This document shows positions 17,577-24,469 of a DNA stretch of 24,469 bases, one piece after another. Source of the stretch: Promethearchaeota archaeon (GTDB lineage Archaea > Asgardarchaeota > Lokiarchaeia > Sigyniarchaeales > SOKP01). How positions within the stretch are numbered: the stretch's first letter is position 1; each line of letters opens with the position of its first letter. Location: the NCBI GenBank assembly GCA_048938445.1, contig JBHLME010000065.1, forward strand, positions 1-24,469. Reading direction: 5' to 3'. The translations under genes and the position numbers were made by a program. The notes below the pieces were generated by a model that saw only the letters and a program-made list of their open reading frames with translations, ran no database searches and had not been told where the DNA came from.

Positions 17577-18674
17577 TTAATTAACGAAATATGCTCCCAC
17601 CTTACCAGCAAGTTCCTTTACTTCAGCTTGGTGGGCAAAAAGAGCGCAAGGAGTTCCTTCTGTTTCCAATAAGTGTTCATTTTCCCTAATTAATTTAAAC
17701 AAGTCACCTGCAAGACCATCTTTCAAAGAATCTTTTTTAAGATTGTGTGTAGCTACATTAGAAACTGGGCAAGGTGTTAAATCTCCAGAAGGCGTTACAT
17801 GGGCAAAACCTTTACCTGCGGAAACACAACCTCCAAATAATTCTTCATCCCCTGGTGAGTGAATTAGATAGATCTTCTTATTTGCTCGATAATCTAGCAT
17901 TTTCTCTCTAAATAATTTTCTCTGCTCAGAACTAAGCATTAAAGAATGATCTTTATTGGGATTTGAAGAAATATATTCAATAAAAAAGGCAATTCTTATA
18001 CCCTTTTTGATTAATGAATCGATCAATTCAGATTTCATCCATTGTTCATAGTTTAATTGCGTGATAGTAACTGAAACTCCATTTAATACGCCCAACTTGT
18101 TTAATCTTTTTAAAGTATCCAAAGCTTTTTCATAAACACCCGCTCCCCTGCGTTTATTTGTAATTTGTTGTTCTCCTTCCAGGCTTACCATTACTACGGT
18201 ATTCCTTAATTTCTTTAATTGTTTAAAATCATCTTCTTTTATAGATGTACCATTTGTAATGATGATAAATAATCTATCATTAAATTCTTGGCATAAATTT
18301 AATAATTTTTGGTAAAGGAATGGTTCTCCTCCTGCAATTATATATCCAAAAACACCTATTTCATTTGCTTCCTTAATGATTTTTTTCCATTCATCTATTT
18401 TTAGTTGGTCTTTTGTTCCACAATTTAGCGTTCCTACTGCTGCTGCGTAGCAACCGGCACATTTTAGATTACAGTTCTTAGTTATGCTTAATATCATAAA
18501 TGGAGGAATTAATATATCATCATGTTTGAACTTTCTTCTCAATTCCAATGAATTCATAAAAGGTCTAACCAACTTTCTATAATGATTTAAAGAACTTGGA
18601 TGTCGTATTGCCCATGGAAAAAATACTCTTAATAGGTTAGGATCAACTGTTTTAAGAATTTTTTTTAATTTCAT
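17577..18674 (-). CDS. radical SAM protein with SPASM/twitch domain
   Basis: CNLKCAGC (CX3CX2C), GGEP, TNG, and C-terminal GCVSAG...GDLTPCP...PC. Confidence 0.9.
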   Translation of the reverse strand: MKLKKILKTVDPNLLRVFFPWAIRHPSSLNHYRKLVRPFMNSLELRRKFKHDDILIPPFMILSITKNCNLKCAGCYAAAVGTLNCGTKDQLKIDEWKKIIKEANEIGVFGYIIAGGEPFLYQKLLNLCQEFNDRLFIIITNGTSIKEDDFKQLKKLRNTVVMVSLEGEQQITNKRRGAGVYEKALDTLKRLNKLGVLNGVSVTITQLNYEQWMKSELIDSLIKKGIRIAFFIEYISSNPNKDHSLMLSSEQRKLFREKMLDYRANKKIYLIHSPGDEELFGGCVSAGKGFAHVTPSGDLTPCPVSNVATHNLKKDSLKDGLAGDLFKLIRENEHLLETEGTPCALFAHQAEVKELAGKVGAYFVN

Positions 18675-18719
18675 TTATTTTCTCATTTATATGTTATTTT
18701 ACTTTTGATTATACCGTGA

Positions 18720-18738
18720 AATACATGTATTATAATAC
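18720..18738. promoter_or_regulatory. overlapping palindromes, candidate operator of the radical SAM gene
   Basis: AATACATGTATT (18720-18731) and GTATTATAATAC (18727-18738) lie between a minus-strand TATA-like element near 18749-18756 and the ATG at 18674. Confidence 0.35.
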
Positions 18739-18906
18739 TAAGTAGTAAATATATAATTTGAATAGTCCAATTTTTATTCTAAAATTACTTTGAATTTTTC
18801 ATACTAAGACGATGTAAAATCAAATTAAAATAAAGTTTAAAAAAGTAAATATAAGATCATTATAAACTCTAATATTCTGTACTATATCGACTTATATTTC
18901 CTCATT

Positions 18907-19794
18907 TCAATCGATAAATCCACTTAGCTTTAAAGATTTTATTAACCAGTCAAAGTAGAATCTAAAACCCATTATACTCTCCCTTGTAAACCTTTTCGAA
19001 TTTGGTATAAATTTATCATGATATTTTAGTGTAATATCTGTAATTGAAGGATTTTCTTTATACCATTTCACAAATGCTTCCTTAGACTCATGATAGAGTG
19101 TATCCATTTCATTTAAAATTTTATCCTTATCATCATCTTTCCAAAAACCATAATGTGATAAAGAAATAGAATCGAACTCCTTTCTCATATTTTTTAATTT
19201 TTGGAATACTTTAAGTTGCTCAGATTCGTGAAAATCGGGAGGAGAATATGAAGGAAAAAAGGTTTCATTATCTTGTTTGGTCATAATAGAATCTCCTGAA
19301 AATAAATTTCTATTTTTTTTATCATGAATACCAATCGAGTCCATGGTATGACCGAATAGATTTATAACTTCTAATTCTAATCCACGTAAATTTATGATTT
19401 CCCCATCTTTTAATCCAATGACATTTTCAACGGGTGGCTCTTTTATATTAAAGATATCATTCATTTTTTCGGGATTTTTTAAGTTATGAATTGCGTTTTC
19501 CGATGCTAAAATTTCAACATCTACTTCTTTTATCATCCTTCTTGTTTTTGCTGCTCCAGATATATGGTCACAATGAGAATGGGTTAATAGTATTTTGTGA
19601 ATTGGATATAATCCTAATTCTTGCAAATTTTTTAAAAATTTCCGTACATAAGTTCCTTGAGGAGAATCAATCATCATTCTTTCTCCATCATTTTCAATTA
19701 TATATATAGAAATAAAATGGGGGAAGTTCATATATTTTCCATCAAAAAGATATGTACTTTCATTAATTTTTCCATCTTTATTTATAAAAACCAT
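18907..19794 (-). CDS. metallo-beta-lactamase-fold hydrolase
   Basis: THSHCDH (HxHxDH), GHT, FSGDS and SHYG metal ligands. Confidence 0.9.
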   Translation of the reverse strand: MVFINKDGKINESTYLFDGKYMNFPHFISIYIIENDGERMMIDSPQGTYVRKFLKNLQELGLYPIHKILLTHSHCDHISGAAKTRRMIKEVDVEILASENAIHNLKNPEKMNDIFNIKEPPVENVIGLKDGEIINLRGLELEVINLFGHTMDSIGIHDKKNRNLFSGDSIMTKQDNETFFPSYSPPDFHESEQLKVFQKLKNMRKEFDSISLSHYGFWKDDDKDKILNEMDTLYHESKEAFVKWYKENPSITDITLKYHDKFIPNSKRFTRESIMGFRFYFDWLIKSLKLSGFID

Positions 19795-20002
19795 TTTAGA
19801 ATCTTCTCAATGTAATAAAAATCAATTTTAAATAAAAGAATAGAGGAATAGTCTTATAAATATAACTATTTCTCATAGTATAAAGAAAATCAGTTCCAAA
19901 TTTTTCTTTATTTTATCGATTAATAACCGATTACTTCATCAAGTGACAATTCTTATAATAAACATTAATAATTTTAATAAATCTAAGAATTTTTGGTATA
20001 TT

Positions 20003-20533
20003 TTAATATTCGATACCATATCGAGCGTTAATCCCTTGGGAGGAATAATAATGCTTTATCATCTTCATTTCAGTTAGCAAATCCGCTCTCTCTTTAATTT
20101 TAGGGTGAATTTTTTGCCCACCTGTTAAAATTAATTCTACATTATCAGGTTTTAAGTCAATTAATGCGAGAACATCTTCAATATTGACAATATTCATTTC
20201 AATCGCCACCCCCACCTCATCTAATATGACGATATCGTATTCATTACTGGTGATGATTTCTTTTGCAAAATCAAGTGCTTTCTTACCTTCATTTAAATCA
20301 ATTTCTCCAGGCACCTCAATTAATTCAGGAGTTCCAAACTGTTTGAGCTCGAAATTTGGATTTTGATCAATTGCTTTAACTTCTCCATACTTAGTATTTC
20401 CTTTCATGAATTGTATCATATAGACCTTAAAACCATGACCAGTTGCACGAAATCCTTGTCCCAATGCTGCTGTAGTCTTACCCTTACCTCTACCGAAATA
20501 CACTTGAACTAATCCTCGTGTTAATTTCTTCAT
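20003..20533 (-). CDS. cobO: cob(I)alamin / cob(I)yrinic acid a,c-diamide adenosyltransferase (CobA/CobO/BtuR family)
   Basis: YFGRGKGKTTAALG P-loop, IQFMKG, VILDE, ADLLTEM..IKH, ARYGIEY. Confidence 0.92.
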   Translation of the reverse strand: MKKLTRGLVQVYFGRGKGKTTAALGQGFRATGHGFKVYMIQFMKGNTKYGEVKAIDQNPNFELKQFGTPELIEVPGEIDLNEGKKALDFAKEIITSNEYDIVILDEVGVAIEMNIVNIEDVLALIDLKPDNVELILTGGQKIHPKIKERADLLTEMKMIKHYYSSQGINARYGIEY

Positions 20534-20562
20534 AATGATACTCTACACCTTAGTATTAATTT

Positions 20563-21123
20563 TTAGTTTTTTAATTGTAATATGAGTTTATGGAAAAAAA
20601 AACCTAATGTATATACGAGAAACTCAAAAAAGAATGATCCAAATTCAGGAGGACATCCCTTAATACGTGATTCAAATGATTCTATGGTATTACCCATGAG
20701 ATTACCATAAGTAATTAATATTATATAATTGAAAATGTCTCGTGCTTTTTCTTTATCATAACTTGATAGTAGCTCCTTAGTTGCTTGTTTACTTGGTTTT
20801 TGCCCACTTTCCGCATAATGGTGAGCGAACATTATGGCTTCTAATTCATCATCTTCCAATTCACTAAAGTTAAATACAAATATTTTTTTTATATCTTCAC
20901 GAGACATTCCCATTTTTTGACTGATTCGTGTATGAACCATCGTACAATAGCGACATTTATTAACAGCTGTGATTGTAAGGAGTAATTTTTCTTTAAATAT
21001 TCCAGAAATCCTTTTAGATATTAATGTCTTGAAGATACTCCTTAAATTGGTGATAAATGTTCTATTAAGTAATATAAATCCCTTAAAAGTGAAATGTCGC
21101 TTATTATAATGATGTTCCATCAT
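20563..21123 (-). CDS. AhpD / carboxymuconolactone decarboxylase family protein
   Basis: EKLLLTITAVNKCRYCTMVH (CxxC-x3-H); 29 nt upstream of cobO, probably co-transcribed. Confidence 0.85.
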   Translation of the reverse strand: MMEHHYNKRHFTFKGFILLNRTFITNLRSIFKTLISKRISGIFKEKLLLTITAVNKCRYCTMVHTRISQKMGMSREDIKKIFVFNFSELEDDELEAIMFAHHYAESGQKPSKQATKELLSSYDKEKARDIFNYIILITYGNLMGNTIESFESRIKGCPPEFGSFFFEFLVYTLGFFFHKLILQLKN

Positions 21124-21273
21124 TTTTTTTTCCGTTATTAATTACATAATTAGTAAATAATTATTGTTTTTTATTTATTTATTAATTGCTTATTACACAT
21201 GATAATATTCAAATTTTATATATTCTTATTTTAAGCATTTAAAGATACAAAACATGTATTTTAGGGATAAAAA

Positions 21274-22134
21274 ATGGGAACTAGTAAACTAATGTCGTTA
21301 GAAGAGGCGATTTCTGAACATGTCCAAGATGGCGATCTTGTAGGGATAGGGGGATTATCATTTTGGAGAAAACCTGTTAGTGCTTGCCGGGAAATCATCC
21401 GACAACAAAAAAAGAATCTATCAGTATGTACCTTTGTAGGGGGTATCGAAGTCGACATGCTCATTGCAGCAGCATGCATTTCTGAAATAAGAGCGTCTTT
21501 TGTAGGAATGGAAGTGTTTGGCATGGCACCGAATTATCGAAAGGCTATAGAGAATGGTAGGATCAAGGTCTCAGAAGAGAGTGAAGCTTCAATCGCATTA
21601 GGTCTTAAATGTTCCTATTTAAAAGTTCCCTTCATGCCTTTAAGGGGTATCATTGGAACGGACTTTTCTAAGGTGCGAAATGATATAAAACAATTTAAAG
21701 ATCCATTAGGTTCTGGAACTCAATTAATGGCACTTCCAAAAATTGACTTAGACGTTGCTATTTTACACGTGCCTCAAGCGGATGAATATGGAAATGGAAA
21801 CATCCCTGGAGCCGTGTGGCTTGATGATGATATGGCAAAAACAGCAAAAAAAACAATAATTACCTGTGAAAAATTAGTGGAAACAGAAGATATTATAAGA
21901 GCTCCTGGTAAAGCACAATTACCCATGCAAACTACCAAAGCTGTTGTCAAAGTTCCCATTGGAGCTCACCCAACATCATGCTATCCCCTTTACACGTTTG
22001 ATGCACGACATATTCAAGAATATCTTAAAATGGATTTTAATGAATACAAAAAAAAATACATTGATCTAAAGACTCACGCACAATATTTAGAAAATTCTGG
22101 TGGTGCAAAAATGATATTGGACATATTTTTATAG
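21274..22134 (+). CDS. family I CoA-transferase-fold protein, alpha subunit (GctA/IpdA-like)
   Basis: GIGG....RKP, VPFMP, DVAILHVPQADEYGN and GAHPTSC motifs. Confidence 0.88.
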   Translation: MGTSKLMSLEEAISEHVQDGDLVGIGGLSFWRKPVSACREIIRQQKKNLSVCTFVGGIEVDMLIAAACISEIRASFVGMEVFGMAPNYRKAIENGRIKVSEESEASIALGLKCSYLKVPFMPLRGIIGTDFSKVRNDIKQFKDPLGSGTQLMALPKIDLDVAILHVPQADEYGNGNIPGAVWLDDDMAKTAKKTIITCEKLVETEDIIRAPGKAQLPMQTTKAVVKVPIGAHPTSCYPLYTFDARHIQEYLKMDFNEYKKKYIDLKTHAQYLENSGGAKMILDIFL

Positions 22135-22149
22135 GAGTAGATAAAGAAA

Positions 22150-22851
22150 ATGGTAATTGATGCTGAAACAATAAAGAAGAAGGTAATTCAACTAGGTGCC
22201 GACATGTGTGGTATAGCGAATGTTTCTAGGTTTAAAAATGCTCCGAAAGGTTTTCATCCACGTGATATTTATCCAGAATGTAAATCAGTAATAGTTTACT
22301 TTTCCCATTTTCCTTTAAGCAGTTTACAAGCCAAAACTAATTCACCTTATACATTAATTCGAAACATGATGGTAAATAAGCTAGACTTGATTTCATTTCA
22401 TTTATGTGATGATTTAGAACACCATAGAATTACATGCGTTCCCATTCCATCTGCTGAACCATATGATTACTGGGATTCTGAGAGAAAGCATGGGAGAGGA
22501 ATACTTTCATTAAAACATGCTGCAAATCTTGCAGGTCTTGGAATAATTGGAAAAAACACTCTTCTCATAAATGAAAAATTTGGAAACATGATATGGTTAG
22601 GTGCTATTATCGTATCTACTGAATTGGAGCAAGATCCAATTCCAATCTATGATGGTTGTAATGAAAAATGCACGTTATGCATGGATTCATGTCCACAAAA
22701 TGCACTCGATGGAACCACACTTGATCAAGAACTTTGTAGGGAAAGATCAATTTCAACAACAGAGGGGGGTAGTTGGGTTCTTTCATGTAATATTTGTAGG
22801 AAAGTTTGCCCTAATTATAAAAGTATCCATAAAAAACAAACAAAAAAATAG
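22150..22851 (+). CDS. QueG/reductive-dehalogenase-like 4Fe-4S dicluster protein
   Basis: LGADMCGIA, SLKHAANLAGLGIIGKNTLLI..FG, CNEKCTLCMDSCP, CNICRKVCP; lacks the C-terminal extension of full-length QueG. Confidence 0.8.
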   Translation: MVIDAETIKKKVIQLGADMCGIANVSRFKNAPKGFHPRDIYPECKSVIVYFSHFPLSSLQAKTNSPYTLIRNMMVNKLDLISFHLCDDLEHHRITCVPIPSAEPYDYWDSERKHGRGILSLKHAANLAGLGIIGKNTLLINEKFGNMIWLGAIIVSTELEQDPIPIYDGCNEKCTLCMDSCPQNALDGTTLDQELCRERSISTTEGGSWVLSCNICRKVCPNYKSIHKKQTKK

Positions 22852-22879
22852 TCATATAAAATTATGAGGTAAAAAATTA

Positions 22880-23764
22880 ATGACAGAATATTCTAAAGAT
22901 TATACAATTGATGAGCTGATAACTATCTTAATGGCCAGAGAAGTAAATAATGATGACGTGATGATTGTTGGTGTAGGAACACCATGTGCCTGGGCAGCAT
23001 TTACTTTGGCAAAACTAACCCACGCTCCAGACGCAATATACCATTATATAATGGGGAATACATTCGTCTTGGAACCACGCCAAGTATCGCTATTATACTT
23101 GGAAATGAATACTTCCAGAGCATATCGATTTCAGAGTACAGGTGAATGCACTTTAGAAAGCTTGCCTTCAGATACTCTTACGACGATAGAATTTTTTAGA
23201 CCTGCACAAGTTGATCAATATGGAAATACTAATAACATATGTATTGGAGACTGGAACAATCCAAAAATAAGATTTCCGGGGTGTGCAGGTATCGCGGATT
23301 TTTCAATGTTTTACAAGCGAGGATCTTTCCTTTATACTCCACGACATGATATAAAAACATTTGTTCCAACTGAAAAACTGGATTTTATATCAGGTGTCGG
23401 ATTTTTGGACGGGAAAAATAGTATTTGTGGTGGTTCTGGACCACAGTGTATGATAACCAATTTAGCTTATTTAAATTTTGATGAAAAAACTAAAAAAATG
23501 AGGGTGGAGAGTATTCATCCTGGAGTAGAACTTGACACAGTAAAAGAATCCACGGGATTTGCCCTAATAATTCCCAAAGATCTAAAGAAAACAAAACCCC
23601 CAACAGTAAAGGAAATTGATCTATTGAGAAAAAAAGTAGATCCCTTAAGTATTAGAAAGCTAGAAGTTTTATCAGGGAAAAAGAGGGAAGAACATCTAAA
23701 TGAAATTATTAATGAAGAACTTAGAATGGTAAATAAATTTCCAAAACTCTTAAAAACCGAATAA
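22880..23764 (+). CDS. family I CoA-transferase-fold protein, beta subunit (GctB-like)
   Basis: AQVDQYGNTN, RFPGCAG, DFISGVG, ITNLA, SIHPGV...TGF, LRKKVDP; GAGGT SD. Confidence 0.88.
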   Translation: MTEYSKDYTIDELITILMAREVNNDDVMIVGVGTPCAWAAFTLAKLTHAPDAIYHYIMGNTFVLEPRQVSLLYLEMNTSRAYRFQSTGECTLESLPSDTLTTIEFFRPAQVDQYGNTNNICIGDWNNPKIRFPGCAGIADFSMFYKRGSFLYTPRHDIKTFVPTEKLDFISGVGFLDGKNSICGGSGPQCMITNLAYLNFDEKTKKMRVESIHPGVELDTVKESTGFALIIPKDLKKTKPPTVKEIDLLRKKVDPLSIRKLEVLSGKKREEHLNEIINEELRMVNKFPKLLKTE

Positions 23765-23783
23765 ATACTTTAATTATATAATC

Positions 23784-24467
23784 TCAAGTATCATTTCCAT
23801 TTAGATATAATTCCACATTTCTACCTTTACGTCTATGAGAAATGATGTTCTCTTGGATTAATTTATCAACATGATATTTCACTGAACTTCGACTTATTTC
23901 TAATTCAGAAGCAACCATACTGGGATTTATTCCAGGATTATTTTCAATTTTATCTAATACCTTCATTGTTGTTTTAGATTTGATGAGGAGGATGTTATAA
24001 CTCTGATTTATATCTTGCGATATAAATGAAGGAAAGAAGAGAGAAAATTGTCCTTCTTTTTTTTTCTTAATCAATCCATATTGGATTAATATTTGCAGAT
24101 GCCATTGAAGCTGTCCTTTTTGTAAATTGCACTGTCGAAGGAGTTCATTATTATGAATTCCGGGAGTATTAATAATTTTTTGTAATATTGTCGAACGATA
24201 TTCATTCCTAATAACATCTTTTATACTTAACCGATGATTCCCTATAATAGAAGGATTTTTATTGAGAAAATCTTCTAAATCTAATCTACCAAAGGAATTG
24301 GGAAATTTATTTTTATCAAGGGAGCTATTACCTATGTATATATGTTCGAATAGGAGAGTATCATTGATGAAATCAAATAATATCTTACTACTATAAATTT
24401 CATAGGTTGTACAATTTGATATGGAATTTATCGTAAAATTTAAGCATAACCAAGTTGATTGATTTAA
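23784..24467 (-). CDS. tandem winged-helix-turn-helix transcription regulator, 5'-truncated
   Basis: Manual translation shows the frame open from the window edge (LNQSTW...HRLSIKDVIRNEYRSTIL...PGIHNNELLR...QLQWHL), followed by a second wHTH (PGINPSMVASEL...VKYHV). The ORF track captured only the last 96 aa. Confidence 0.8.
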   Translation of the reverse strand, partial: LNQSTWLCLNFTINSISNCTTYEIYSSKILFDFINDTLLFEHIYIGNSSLDKNKFPNSFGRLDLEDFLNKNPSIIGNHRLSIKDVIRNEYRSTILQKIINTPGIHNNELLRQCNLQKGQLQWHLQILIQYGLIKKKKEGQFSLFFPSFISQDINQSYNILLIKSKTTMKVLDKIENNPGINPSMVASELEISRSSVKYHVDKLIQENIISHRRKGRNVELYLNGNDT

Positions 24468-24469
24468 AT

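Noticed and set aside
22150-22851. Calling this gene queG or rdhA
   Set aside because: It lacks the QueG C-terminal tRNA-binding region and the RdhA Tat leader and rdhB partner; queuosine is not a typical archaeal tRNA modification.
1633-22867. Short shadow ORFs in the track (1633-1923, 4232-4441, 5192-5392, 5552-5755, 6113-6298, 7187-7378, 7996-8337, 8618-8902, 10005-10286, 12557-13054, 13292-13561, 14632-15186, 19491-19709, 20184-20366, 21261-21524, 21774-21959, 22601-22867)
   Set aside because: All overlap well-supported genes on the opposite strand or in another frame and show no recognisable motifs.
1-24469. CRISPR array, tRNA/rRNA, transposase or integrase
   Set aside because: No regularly spaced repeats, no GC-rich structured RNA island and no mobile-element protein motifs were seen.

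Overview
AT-rich, gene-dense archaeal window, very likely from an Asgard archaeon (Lokiarchaeia-like). This assignment is inferred from a stand-alone gelsolin-domain protein, Alba, a SEC11-type signal peptidase, a TIR-domain protein and GGTGA/GAGGT ribosome-binding sites. Left to right: 3' end of a probable mre11; a compact rad50; an HeH-SWIM-TIR protein; a GT87-like membrane glycosyltransferase; a one-domain gelsolin; a HAD hydrolase with a Lys-rich tail; a DUF47-pit phosphate uptake pair; a tailed alpha3-truncated histone next to alba; signal peptidase I; an acetoacetate-decarboxylase-like / FAD oxidoreductase / CCG Fe-S operon with a divergent RHH regulator; TauE; an M28 glutaminyl-cyclase-like protein; a tautomerase; MaoC; a radical SAM protein; an MBL hydrolase; cobO; an AhpD-like protein; a CoA-transferase-fold alpha/beta pair split by a QueG/RdhA-like Fe-S gene; and a 5'-truncated tandem wHTH regulator. 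No rRNA, tRNA, CRISPR array or mobile element was seen. The three strongest leads are: (1) the CoA-transferase-fold pair, which lacks the canonical beta-subunit catalytic Glu but has an IpdA-type alpha-subunit Glu; (2) the HeH-SWIM-TIR protein directly behind mre11-rad50; (3) the tailed non-nucleosomal-type histone beside Alba. All family assignments and alignments were made by eye from remembered motifs; no searches were run.
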